64,000 nt of DNA from a virus (taxonomy: Duplodnaviria > Caudoviricetes), in the IMG/VR virus record IMGVR_UViG_2799112443_000002, positions 1,254-65,253 of that record; one strand, written 5' to 3'. Both the position numbers and the translations under genes were made by a program. The notes below the pieces were generated by a model. It did no database searches, was not told the origin of the DNA, and saw only the letters and a program-made list of their open reading frames with translations. Positions 1-9,029 of the stretch are shown here, one piece after another (position 1 is the first letter of the stretch; the number at the start of each line of letters is the position of its first letter).

Positions 1-733
1 CGCGTTCCTTCAGCAACTGGATCAACGGTCTTGGGAATTCAAGGTGAAGCGCAAAGCATTCCGCATCATGAAGCTTGGATGTTTCAACCGGATTCTTTGA
101 GTGTCCAAGATAAATGTGACCAAGTTCAACAGCCAACGCCAGCCGGATCTTCCCAATCGGTGCGTCCCGGTTTACCGCAAAGATATAATGTTGCTGTCCT
201 TCTGAGGTCGTATGGATCGTAGACATAACCATATCATTTGCCTGACGGAATGCGGAAAGATTCGTATTCTGAATCAGCCGGTCCAGTTCTTTTGGTTCTG
301 AAAAGGAAATCATCGTTGCCAGTTGTGACTGTTGAAGGATCTTGTGCGGATAAATCGGAGCTCTGGATACACCGAACTTAATCAATGCCCGTGTCGCCTG
401 TGTTGCTGCCGTCGTGCAGTCCAGTGCGGACAGCGTCGTTGCCGACCAGTAATTTCCATTTATATTGCCAGCCTGTTCACGAAGACGCTCCGCAACCATG
501 TCCAGGTTCTCCGACGGATTGGCTTTCCGCTCGTCCGTCCACCCCATCAGGTACGGTCTGGAAACCCCGAACAGATTTGCAAGCTGATGAACCCGGTTCG
601 TCGGGATGTTCGCAATCTGTCCGTTTTCATATTTAAGAACCGTCGCCCGTCCAACCCCGATCTGAGACGCAACGTCCTCAAGGGTCATCTTGTTCTCTTT
701 CCGAAGGGCTTTGATCCGCTCTCCTGTCGTCAT
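1..733 (-). CDS. XRE-family HTH regulator fused to an ImmA/IrrE-like (DUF955-type) domain; runs off the left edge
   Basis: Translated by hand; absent from the ORF track because it has no stop in the window. ATG at 733 with AGGAGG RBS. MTTGERIKALRKENKMTLEDVASQIGVGRATVLKYENG is an HTH; C-terminal LAVELGHIYLGH...DAECFA resembles the HExxH-type metallopeptidase-like domain, with the first His replaced by Val. Confidence 0.8.
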   Translation of the reverse strand, partial: MTTGERIKALRKENKMTLEDVASQIGVGRATVLKYENGQIANIPTNRVHQLANLFGVSRPYLMGWTDERKANPSENLDMVAERLREQAGNINGNYWSATTLSALDCTTAATQATRALIKFGVSRAPIYPHKILQQSQLATMISFSEPKELDRLIQNTNLSAFRQANDMVMSTIHTTSEGQQHYIFAVNRDAPIGKIRLALAVELGHIYLGHSKNPVETSKLHDAECFALHLEFPRPLIQLLKER

Positions 734-806
734 CTTTCTTCGCCTCCTGCCGGAAGTATATCACAAAATTTCCTTTTATGAAACTATTTAACAAAATTTT
801 AATACT

Positions 807-863
807 TTGTTTCTTTCAATGAAACAATTTATCCGGTATAATTTGTTTCGTTACATGAAACAA
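807..863. promoter_or_regulatory. Two palindromic operators TTGTTTC-N7-GAAACAA flanking a TATAAT -10 box
   Basis: 807-827 TTGTTTCtttcaatGAAACAA and 843-863 TTGTTTCgttacatGAAACAA. TATAAT at 837-842 with TTTCAA 17 bp upstream. Lies between divergent genes. Confidence 0.75.
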
Positions 864-887
864 AAGTTGCATGAAAGGAGATGTAAC

Positions 888-1157
888 ATGAGAAGAGCAC
901 TTGAAAGGATGGTCAGAGCAGCATCAAAAGCAAAAAGCATGGATGAAGGATTAATGGCTAAAGGATATCCTTCCAATCCATACGGGGACATCTTCGGAGA
1001 AATCGCCGACGCAATTTTTTACCTACTGAATGAAAAAACATGCAGGTTCGAAGACTCACTGACGTATATTGCATTGAACACAGATGCGATCACAGAGGAA
1101 AGCAAAGTCGAAATCCTCATGATGCAATATAAAAAGAATCAGCCCGCTCTTTTTTGA
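888..1157 (+). CDS. Hypothetical protein (89 aa)
   Basis: GAAAGGAG RBS before ATG 888 (the track start at 807 is probably too long); followed by a terminator. Confidence 0.65.
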   Translation: MRRALERMVRAASKAKSMDEGLMAKGYPSNPYGDIFGEIADAIFYLLNEKTCRFEDSLTYIALNTDAITEESKVEILMMQYKKNQPALF

Positions 1158-1170
1158 GCGGGCCTTTTCA
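1142..1170. terminator. Intrinsic terminator between convergent genes
   Basis: GCCCGCTC/GAGCGGGC stem followed by CTTTT; A-run upstream. Confidence 0.65.
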
Positions 1171-1536
1171 TTAGTACCTGGGATACATCGGAGGCATCCA
1201 GTCCGGATAATGTCCGGAGTATCCGTCCATATCACGGCTGGTATACCGACCCATCGCATCCCGTCCACGGGCATAGGATCTTCCGGAACCGCCGCGACCG
1301 TAGTAACTACGTCCGCCACGGGGCATCCGTCCTTCTCCGGAACCTTCCATGTCCTCGTCCCAATCTTCAGCATCCTTCATCGCATGATAGGTTGCCGCAG
1401 ATTTCAGTGCATGATAAAGGATATCAGCTTTCTCAACGTCCTGTGCAGACATCTCAGGCACATCGCCTGCATATTTTTTGTCCAGCTTTTCCAGTTCCTT
1501 GCACAGCATCTCTTCCAGGTTGTCATAATGTTTCAT
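1171..1536 (-). CDS. Hypothetical protein, acidic N-terminus and Gly/Arg/Tyr-rich C-terminus (last gene of six-gene cassette)
   Basis: ORF track; AGGAGG RBS; GRSYARGRDAMGRYTSRD low-complexity tail. Confidence 0.75.
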   Translation of the reverse strand: MKHYDNLEEMLCKELEKLDKKYAGDVPEMSAQDVEKADILYHALKSAATYHAMKDAEDWDEDMEGSGEGRMPRGGRSYYGRGGSGRSYARGRDAMGRYTSRDMDGYSGHYPDWMPPMYPRY

Positions 1537-1555
1537 CTGCGTGTCCTCCTTCCCA

Positions 1556-2008
1556 TCAAGCTATTCTGGATACAGTCATGTTGGCATTCTGCACGTTGAT
1601 CTCCGGTGCAACACCGTCAACAACCGCAGAAGCGTTCTCAACCGCCACTGTGAAACAGCATCCGCGCGGCACGGTAATGATCGCCGTGCTTGTCACGTTG
1701 CCGTATTCATCCACAGCAGCCGGAGTATAGATGGCTCTGCTGGTTTGAACAGGTTCTCCGTCAATGGCAAGTGCAACGCTGATCGGGACGATTGCAGTCG
1801 CATCCGCAGGCAGGGCAATGTTGCCATTGAAAGTCACCTGATACCTGGCAAAGCAGTTGTTCGTGATCCCACGTAGAATAACAATCCCTGATTCTTCCCG
1901 ATGCAGAACATATCCACGACGGCAAGGAATATTGTCATTGAGAATAACGTTTTGCCCTGGTTCAACTAATTGCACGGGGTTATATGTATATTCTGACATT
2001 GGAATCAC
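1556..2008 (-). CDS. Beta-rich protein, possibly BclA C-terminal/TNF-like fold
   Basis: ORF track; alternating hydrophobic beta pattern (YQVTFNGNIA...ISVALAIDGE...TVAVENAS). Fold assignment is recollection only. Confidence 0.6.
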   Translation of the reverse strand: MIPMSEYTYNPVQLVEPGQNVILNDNIPCRRGYVLHREESGIVILRGITNNCFARYQVTFNGNIALPADATAIVPISVALAIDGEPVQTSRAIYTPAAVDEYGNVTSTAIITVPRGCCFTVAVENASAVVDGVAPEINVQNANMTVSRIA

Positions 2009-2011
2009 CTC

Positions 2012-2830
2012 TTACGCCGCCATACCGCATCCGCAGCTGTTACCGCCGCAGGTAAAGATAGGAGTTCTGCCGTACACCGGAGTACTCGGTACAGGGCAGT
2101 TGTTCAGCCGGTTGTACAGGGCATCCACTTCATTGGAGAAACCCTGCTGGATGAACGCATTCTGTGCCGTCTGGCTCTCACGCAGAGCCGCCATGTTCAG
2201 CTGATTCTGAAGGGAGATATTTTCTCTCTGGGCGGAAGCCAGTTCAGCCTTCACGCCGTCCAGTTCCAGCTGGCAAAGTTTGTCCATAATCGCCTGGGTA
2301 TTCGCAGTTCCGGCGGCGCGGGTATTTGCACCTTCCGTTGCGATGGCATACTTCACGTCAGCCAGGCCGGCCTGCGTGTTGCATCCGACACCGGTAATGG
2401 CAGTCTGGAGACCAAACGTGGACTGCATGTCAGCGATCTGCCGAGCGTTAGCAGCGATCTCAGCCTGGGCAAAGCCGTTGCTGATGTTGCTGTTCACGGT
2501 GCCGAAACCGCTGCACAGAGCGTTCTGCACGTTGCCGAATCCGGTGGTCACAGCGTTCTGGATTCCGTTCAGCCCAGTAATCACGTAGTTCTGGTCAAAT
2601 CCGCGCTGAATGTCGTTGTTCGTGTTGCCCTGGCCGGCCATCATCCACGGGAACATGCCGTTTCCGCCGCCGAAGCCACCGCCGAAGCCGTTGCCCCATC
2701 CGCCAAGGCACAGAAGCAGAAGAATAATCCACCAGCCAGAGGATCCCATGTCGCCGAATCCGCCGTTGCTATACCCGCCGCCGTAATACGGTGCAACAGG
2801 CATTACCATAGAATTGTTTTCACTGGTCAT
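2012..2830 (-). CDS. Gly-rich membrane-anchored/coiled-coil protein with Cys-rich C-terminus
   Basis: WWIILLLLCLGGWG hydrophobic segment, Gly-rich tracts, coiled coil, ends CGGNSCGCGMAA. Confidence 0.75.
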   Translation of the reverse strand: MTSENNSMVMPVAPYYGGGYSNGGFGDMGSSGWWIILLLLCLGGWGNGFGGGFGGGNGMFPWMMAGQGNTNNDIQRGFDQNYVITGLNGIQNAVTTGFGNVQNALCSGFGTVNSNISNGFAQAEIAANARQIADMQSTFGLQTAITGVGCNTQAGLADVKYAIATEGANTRAAGTANTQAIMDKLCQLELDGVKAELASAQRENISLQNQLNMAALRESQTAQNAFIQQGFSNEVDALYNRLNNCPVPSTPVYGRTPIFTCGGNSCGCGMAA

Positions 2831-2996
2831 TGTTCTTGATTCCTTTCGTATATATTTCCTAATCGTCTATGCGCATCTCGACGAAAAGAATCAAAACAGA
2901 TATTTTCATTGGATTCTTTGCAAAAATTCTGCAAATTTTCCATTTATATTGTTATTTCAGAACGTTATTTGGAAAAAATGATCGGTTTTTTCCAAG

Positions 2997-3281
2997 TTAA
3001 CGTCCGATCATCTGCCGTGCCATCTGCACCATTTGAGGATTTACCTTCCCTGTCTGTTGCATCCAAGCCAGCAGTTGTTCTGGATTCCCAGACACTTCAG
3101 CCGGTGCATCCGGAAAGTATCTGCTGATTAATTGCTGTGGATTCTGAAGCGTATTCGCAAGCTGTTGCATTCTGCCAAATAACCCGCCAAATCCAGCGTT
3201 TGGCATCACGGTTGGAGAAGAAGTCATTGCGTTTTGTGGTGCGTTAAAACCGCCTGTCAAAGCCTGAAAAAGAGGATTCAT
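2997..3281 (-). CDS. Gln/Asn/Met/Pro-rich hypothetical protein
   Basis: ORF track; start overlaps the upstream stop codon. Confidence 0.7.
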   Translation of the reverse strand: MNPLFQALTGGFNAPQNAMTSSPTVMPNAGFGGLFGRMQQLANTLQNPQQLISRYFPDAPAEVSGNPEQLLAWMQQTGKVNPQMVQMARQMIGR

Positions 3282-3760
3282 TACGACTCTCCTTTCACCG
3301 GTCTCCTGTTCGCTCCGCTGGTATTCACGCTGTTAATGGCTTCCATCAGTTCCTGCTTCATCCGCTCCATGTCTTCCTTCTTCACATAATCCGTCATGAC
3401 AGGGGCTTCATCACCTGAAGTGTTGCTCATGGCAGGTCCGGTACCACGATGCTCTTCCAGCGTGTAATGTGCTTTCTGAAGCGGGTTCGGCATCCCCATC
3501 GGGTTCACAGACTTTAGATAGATAATGGTATCGTTCGTGTCCCACAGGGCAATCGGCTGGTTTGCAGGAAGTCCGGACGGCAGCTGATACGCCTTGGCGC
3601 CGACCTCTCCGTCCACCCAGATCAGGCCATGGCTCTGCTGGGTCTGGCTCGTCTGTGGCATGGTCTGCATAGCATTGCTCTGCGGATACTGCGGATACAT
3701 CTGCTGTCCGACTCCGCTGTAGTTCCAGTTGTTCTGATAAGGCACAGGATAGTTAGGCAT
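3281..3760 (-). CDS. Gln/Pro/Tyr-rich hypothetical protein
   Basis: AGAAGGAG RBS before ATG 3760 (MPNYPVPY); globular core GLIWVDGEVGAKAY...IYLKS. Confidence 0.7.
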   Translation of the reverse strand: MPNYPVPYQNNWNYSGVGQQMYPQYPQSNAMQTMPQTSQTQQSHGLIWVDGEVGAKAYQLPSGLPANQPIALWDTNDTIIYLKSVNPMGMPNPLQKAHYTLEEHRGTGPAMSNTSGDEAPVMTDYVKKEDMERMKQELMEAINSVNTSGANRRPVKGES

Positions 3761-4142
3761 GTTTGATCTCCTTCTTTCTGAAAAAATAGGTCGGTCGTTC
3801 ATCTCCGCTGTCCCAGGAATCCATATAATTTCCGGAACGGATACAAACAGCATGATGTCCCGTCCCGATCACATAGGTTCCGTGCGGATACTGTTTTGTA
3901 AACTCACGGACCGTGACGCATTCCGGGCAGGATTCCGGCAGAAGAAACTTTTCAAATCCGCATCGAAACAAGTATTGTTCCCACAGCCAGTTCACACTGG
4001 GCATGGTACACATGGCATGGCTCATGACGCACAGATCCCAGTGGACCTCGTCCCATGTCTGTCCGGTTGCCAGAGCAATGGCACGGACGACACAGTCCGG
4101 TTCCTCACTCCTGCACGGGTTTGGGTTGGCGTATATCCACAT
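3753..4142 (-). CDS. Putative papain-like (Cys-His-Asp) peptidase-fold protein
   Basis: DCVVRAIA, GHHAVCI and YMDSWDS are in the order expected for a Cys-His-Asp triad (inference). Confidence 0.55.
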   Translation of the reverse strand: MWIYANPNPCRSEEPDCVVRAIALATGQTWDEVHWDLCVMSHAMCTMPSVNWLWEQYLFRCGFEKFLLPESCPECVTVREFTKQYPHGTYVIGTGHHAVCIRSGNYMDSWDSGDERPTYFFRKKEIKHA

Positions 4143-4339
4143 CAGGCAATCTGCTTCGGAAAGATTCCGCAGTCCTCCAAGATAATCTCAACGACCTGGT
4201 CATCTTCTGGACGCAGGTCCATTAGGGCGGCGGTCATTAGCATCATGGCGTATGCGGTTTCAACGCTCATACCGACGGCAGAAACAAGCCGTTTAATCTG
4301 CTTCCGGCAATTCTTTGGATAACAGTTCAGAACGTTCAT
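4142..4339 (-). CDS. Hypothetical protein
   Basis: AGGAGGTG RBS before ATG 4339; coupled to the downstream gene. Confidence 0.55.
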   Translation of the reverse strand: MNVLNCYPKNCRKQIKRLVSAVGMSVETAYAMMLMTAALMDLRPEDDQVVEIILEDCGIFPKQIA

Positions 4340-4370
4340 ACAACGCACCTCCTTGCCTGTATTTTTGCAT

Positions 4371-4403
4371 AATAAAACCCCTTGCAGAAGTGACTGCAAG
4401 GGG
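4371..4403 (-). terminator. Intrinsic terminator closing the tail operon
   Basis: 10-bp stem CCCCTTGCAG/CTGCAAGGGG followed on the - strand by TTTTATT. Confidence 0.65.
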
Positions 4404-4429
4404 AAGTCTCGTGTATTTTGCGTGTAGTT

Positions 4430-4693
4430 TTAGTGGCTATATTGTTCCTCGGATTCCTCAATGATGATGACGTTGTTGGCTCCGATGACTACTTTTCGTC
4501 CTTCCATGGTGTGCAATGTGACTGTCCCGGATGCGGATGCAAACCAGCGATCAACTTCAAGTGTGTCCATGGATCCGTCAAAGTACCGGATCTTTGCCGT
4601 TGTGATACAGTTTCCTTCAGTGTTTGTATCACTGCAGCTTGTCAGCAATGCCAACGCAATTGCCAGGACTAGCAGAACAAGCAATTTCTTCAC
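4430..4693 (-). CDS. Small lipoprotein
   Basis: MKK + hydrophobic stretch + LTSC lipobox. Confidence 0.7.
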   Translation of the reverse strand: MKKLLVLLVLAIALALLTSCSDTNTEGNCITTAKIRYFDGSMDTLEVDRWFASASGTVTLHTMEGRKVVIGANNVIIIEESEEQYSH

Positions 4694-4788
4694 CTAATCA
4701 TCTCCTCTGTTTGCAGCAATTAATGCGGCAATCCAGAATCCTAATAGCGTACCGGTCATTACTGCCGGAATCAGTCCCCACCATGGAA

Positions 4789-5046
4789 TCATTCGCCGTC
4801 ACCTTCCGGTTCGGGTTCAGGTTCCGGAGCAGGAGCAGGATCATGGTGAATGTATTCTTTATAGCCTTCAACAACATCCAGCTGCTCGTCCGTAATCATG
4901 ACATAGGCAGTGATTACGTCTTGGGCGTTCCAGAGGGTTTGACAGAGTCCGTGGAACATGGTCTTTGCAGAAGAGATTTCCGTAATTCCCTCTGCATGGA
5001 TGAAGAAATTACCATTGATTACCTTTACGATAGCGAGTTTACCCAT
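4789..5046 (-). CDS. Hypothetical protein with PE-repeat tail
   Basis: ORF track; AGGAG RBS; ends PAPAPEPEPEPEGDGE. Confidence 0.65.
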   Translation of the reverse strand: MGKLAIVKVINGNFFIHAEGITEISSAKTMFHGLCQTLWNAQDVITAYVMITDEQLDVVEGYKEYIHHDPAPAPEPEPEPEGDGE

Positions 5047-5065
5047 AGTTCATTCTCCTCTCTTT

Positions 5066-8000
5066 TTATGCCAGAGCAGCGAGTTCATTCGCCACTGTGG
5101 TTGCAGTTACGTTCGTACCTACGGTTAATGTTGCACCGTTTGCAATGGATGCAGTCGCCTTGTAGAGTGTGCCGTTGACGATCAGCAGATTGCCCGTTGA
5201 GTAGGCTTTCGTGGCTTTCATTTCGTCTTCGTGGTTTGCCGTGACGATCAGTTCCATCAACCGCTGAGAAGCTGACAACTCTTTGGCAATATAGAGCTTG
5301 GTATCCGCAGAATACTCGACAGCATTGATTTTGCCCGTATTGGCAAAGATGTTATTGAGTCCTTTCAGCGTTTTTATGACTTCAAGGGCGGTGAGTTGGT
5401 ATACGATGGGGTCGGCAAGTAAATATGAAACCTGTGTCGGATTGCTTGCAAACCATGCCACTGCCGCTTCAGCCGATGTAACATCTGACGGCATATTCAG
5501 ATAAATGTTTCCGTTCGTGGTTCTTCCATTCAGCATAAATGGTTTTTGTGCCGGCGCAGGATTTTGGATGTAAAACTTATCAGACATAAGTCCTTCACCC
5601 ACATCAACGGATGCCGCCCACTTTTTGCTCGGTGTCGGAATATACCTTGCCTGCATTCCACCGTAGCTCAGCGTTCCGTTGTCTGCAAGTGGTTGCGTTC
5701 CGTTTAATGTGTTTATTGCCCTATCCACAACCAGTTCGCCCGTTCCATCCCTGTTGATGGTCAATATGCCACCATAGACGGTTCCTGCATCTTGTGGGAA
5801 GGTGATGGAGTAGGTGTTAACGTGTCCCGGATGGTACGCCGTATCAGTTGCAGGATAGTTAATGCTGATGTCGTGGTTGTAGGTTGTGCCGTAATTGCTT
5901 GTCATGCCAAACCAAATAAAGTAGCAGTTATCTGGCGTGGTAAAAGGGCCTGCATTGTATCGCACTCCGGCAAGCTGATTTTTGTCCTTGTCATAGTACT
6001 TAATACCATTTGACGGATTCGCAGGTGCACTAAAATAATAAGTCGTGTTTGGTTTGCATGGGATGAAGTTTTTGCTTCTCACATAAGAACCATTTGTGTC
6101 CCACTCTTCATCCCAGATGTTGGTTACCGTCCGTGTGACATTCGCTCCCGTCCATCCGCTGATGGGGCAGATGTTGCTATAGGGTGTCCATTCAGATTGC
6201 GAAGTTTCTGCAACTGTAACTTTGAATTTTATATCAACAGTTTCGCCTTCTGTCCTGTTTATAGCAATAGCAACATCTTTTTCCGTTGATGTCCTAAATC
6301 CATAAATATTGGTAATTGTTCCACCTGTAACATCTTGAGCTTGAACAACAAGATTCCTCCCAGAAAGGCTTGTGTCTGCATATTGGAATATCGCAAATGC
6401 ACCGCTTCCGGGTGTGGTTACGGTTCCATACACTCTGAATATATTGTCCGTTAATGAATACGAAAGCCCATATGCACCATTAAAAAGTGTCACCTTGCTC
6501 AAGTCCAACAGATTCTTCCCACCCCCCGCAGGCCAAGGGTTGTCAAATCCATGAAGATCCTGCATAGGTTCAACCGCAACCCTCAACGCCATCGGAATAT
6601 CGTCCGCTCCATCGCTGAAACTGGCAATGTCTGCAGGCGTATCGATGGACTCCGTGATCATCCCGGCATAGCGTTCGTCGGATTCTTCCTTGCTGTACTG
6701 CCCCAATGTTGGATAGAGCATGGACAGGATATCGCCCGTGTCTGCCCAGACATTGTTAGTGCCATTGAGCAGTTGCACAACCTGCTGAGAGGAGAGTTCG
6801 TAGGTGACGGGGGTGGCGAGTTTAAGAAGTATTTGCAATCCATTTGCACTCGCCCATTGCTTAAATTCTCCAACTGTTGACGCTTCGGATGAATACAAAC
6901 GAACATACAGCGTACTCGCTCCACTTACTGTATATCCCGGTTTCGTTGCGTTTGCTTGTGACGTTGAGTCATGAGGAAGCAAATTTGTTATAATGTCTTC
7001 GGTATAATCAAATTCCAATGGTGATTTGTAATATTTGAAATTAGCAATCCCGTGGTCATTGATTGCATTAAGTGTCCATGTGTTTGATTGTGTGTCAACA
7101 AATCCATGATCCACTACCAGTTCGCCCGTTCCATCCCTGTTGATGGTCAATGTGCCGCCATAGACTGTTCCGGCAGAGGACGGGAAGGAGATGGTGTAGG
7201 TGGAGCCTTGATACTGCTCAAACGATGATCTATTTGAACCAGCAACAAGCCATACCCAATATTTCTTATTTGATAAAGAAGCTCCGGAAGTGATTTTGTA
7301 GTAAGTATACACTATGCTGTCATGATCGAGTGTGAACGCACTATATTTATCTAATCCAATTGTCTTTATTGCCTTATCGCTTCCACCTTCAATATGTTCA
7401 GCAAGGATTGTTGCAACATTTTGAATTTGTTCGCTTTGCTCTATCATATAAGTTCCGGCTTTAAGCAGAAACATTGGAGAATTTCCTATTCCCCAGAACG
7501 TTCCCGTTGCAGTTCCATCGAACGTTACAGAACCATCAGCGTTTTGAGTTCCCGTAATACCTGATTGTGTTTTTGTAGTACCAACCGGATGCGGAATTAT
7601 CAGATTCCTCCCCGCACTCCACACGTTCGCATATTCCCACCCTGATATCGGGCAGGAGTTTTCGTAAGGTGTCCACGCCGTTGCTGTCGAGCCAGATTCA
7701 AGCTGATATTGGACTTTCACGTTATTAAATGCACCATAAGCAGGATATGCAAAAAGCCGAATATCAAATGTGCTTGTTCCATCTGCTGATATTTGCATCG
7801 CTGATTCTGTATTATATGTCCACGATCCGCTCCCAATCCTGTATCCGGTTCTCCACGATGATGTCCCTGCTCCCGTCATGCCATTCAATGTATATGTTCC
7901 AGCAGGAAGAACGCCACTGAAAAGAATGCAAGAAGCATTTGACGTAGCAGTCCCGGACATTTTTATATAATTCCCATCTTGAGTAAAAGTGACCCCGTTA

Positions 8001-8287
8001 TCTGTTGCCGTTGTAATCGGTTGAATTAGGTTTTTCCCGCCCCCAGCAGGCCACGGGTTCGCATATCCATGCAGGTCTTGAACAGGAGCAATCTCGATCT
8101 GCAACTTTTTCACGGCATCGGCAACAGCATCGTCTACCGTAACGATAGAACCGGAAGTTTCTTTGTATGCATACAGATTGTCAGCATTTGCCTTCTCGCT
8201 CAATTCTTCCTTTGTTTTCTTGTCAATCGCAGAAAGCAGCAGTTGCCCGTCTTCCAGGTTCATGAGTTTGTTGTTCTCATAACTCAT
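5066..8287 (-). CDS. Tail fibre / receptor-binding protein with an internally duplicated module
   Basis: 1073 aa after the baseplate genes; NPWPAGGGKNL and GTVYGGxLTINRDGTGELVVD each occur twice. Confidence 0.8.
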   Translation of the reverse strand: MSYENNKLMNLEDGQLLLSAIDKKTKEELSEKANADNLYAYKETSGSIVTVDDAVADAVKKLQIEIAPVQDLHGYANPWPAGGGKNLIQPITTATDNGVTFTQDGNYIKMSGTATSNASCILFSGVLPAGTYTLNGMTGAGTSSWRTGYRIGSGSWTYNTESAMQISADGTSTFDIRLFAYPAYGAFNNVKVQYQLESGSTATAWTPYENSCPISGWEYANVWSAGRNLIIPHPVGTTKTQSGITGTQNADGSVTFDGTATGTFWGIGNSPMFLLKAGTYMIEQSEQIQNVATILAEHIEGGSDKAIKTIGLDKYSAFTLDHDSIVYTYYKITSGASLSNKKYWVWLVAGSNRSSFEQYQGSTYTISFPSSAGTVYGGTLTINRDGTGELVVDHGFVDTQSNTWTLNAINDHGIANFKYYKSPLEFDYTEDIITNLLPHDSTSQANATKPGYTVSGASTLYVRLYSSEASTVGEFKQWASANGLQILLKLATPVTYELSSQQVVQLLNGTNNVWADTGDILSMLYPTLGQYSKEESDERYAGMITESIDTPADIASFSDGADDIPMALRVAVEPMQDLHGFDNPWPAGGGKNLLDLSKVTLFNGAYGLSYSLTDNIFRVYGTVTTPGSGAFAIFQYADTSLSGRNLVVQAQDVTGGTITNIYGFRTSTEKDVAIAINRTEGETVDIKFKVTVAETSQSEWTPYSNICPISGWTGANVTRTVTNIWDEEWDTNGSYVRSKNFIPCKPNTTYYFSAPANPSNGIKYYDKDKNQLAGVRYNAGPFTTPDNCYFIWFGMTSNYGTTYNHDISINYPATDTAYHPGHVNTYSITFPQDAGTVYGGILTINRDGTGELVVDRAINTLNGTQPLADNGTLSYGGMQARYIPTPSKKWAASVDVGEGLMSDKFYIQNPAPAQKPFMLNGRTTNGNIYLNMPSDVTSAEAAVAWFASNPTQVSYLLADPIVYQLTALEVIKTLKGLNNIFANTGKINAVEYSADTKLYIAKELSASQRLMELIVTANHEDEMKATKAYSTGNLLIVNGTLYKATASIANGATLTVGTNVTATTVANELAALA

Positions 8288-9024
8288 TAATTACCACCCC
8301 CATAGAAATCATTTATCATTGCTTCCATTTCTGAAAGCGTTGCCACATCAGAATAAGACAATTCTCCAGGATCTCCCTTTGGGATGCCGATGTTCAATAC
8401 CGGATTCTCAGCAGTTCCAGTTATTGATATCGTCACATCTGAACCAGCGGGAAGCGTGCTCGCCTCTCCAGCAGTTAAGTTTGGCGTTGCGCCTGTATCA
8501 CCCTTTTCCCCAGGATCACCTTTTTCGCCTGTAGCCGGAACATCCGTTGAGATCCATTCTTCACTTGCTTCATCCCATGTGTACCAAAATCCATCGATAA
8601 CCTTTGGATAATGCTCAACGTTTGCCTCCGTTTGATCAACTGCATAATTCAATGCAGCAATCGCTTGAGTAATGACATCCTGTTGTACCGGAGTTGGTTC
8701 CTGATTTGTTGGTTTCGCTCTTTTAATAACAGGAATCATTCCAGTTATAACTGTCTCGCCATCATTTTCTCCACTATGCAGAAACAGCCAGATGTAAATA
8801 TTTTTACCGCTCAACAAGTACTCATCCGGGATATCAATTCCTGTGCTGTCCCCTATAACAGTTTTTGATTCCTCATAAGTGCCATTGGAAAAATGCACTT
8901 CATATGTATTCGGAAGCGGGCAATTATCCAGGATCAATCGTTGCCCATAATCATATTGGTACAACGACTCTGTTTTATTAAATTTCCCTGGATAATATTT
9001 TAGGACCACAATATTATTTCTCAA
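8287..9024 (-). CDS. BppU-like baseplate protein with collagen-like repeats
   Basis: LYQYDYGQRL N-terminal motif; GEKGDPGEKGDTGA Gly-X-Y repeats. Confidence 0.7.
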   Translation of the reverse strand: MRNNIVVLKYYPGKFNKTESLYQYDYGQRLILDNCPLPNTYEVHFSNGTYEESKTVIGDSTGIDIPDEYLLSGKNIYIWLFLHSGENDGETVITGMIPVIKRAKPTNQEPTPVQQDVITQAIAALNYAVDQTEANVEHYPKVIDGFWYTWDEASEEWISTDVPATGEKGDPGEKGDTGATPNLTAGEASTLPAGSDVTISITGTAENPVLNIGIPKGDPGELSYSDVATLSEMEAMINDFYGGGN

Positions 9025-9029
9025 TCAAA

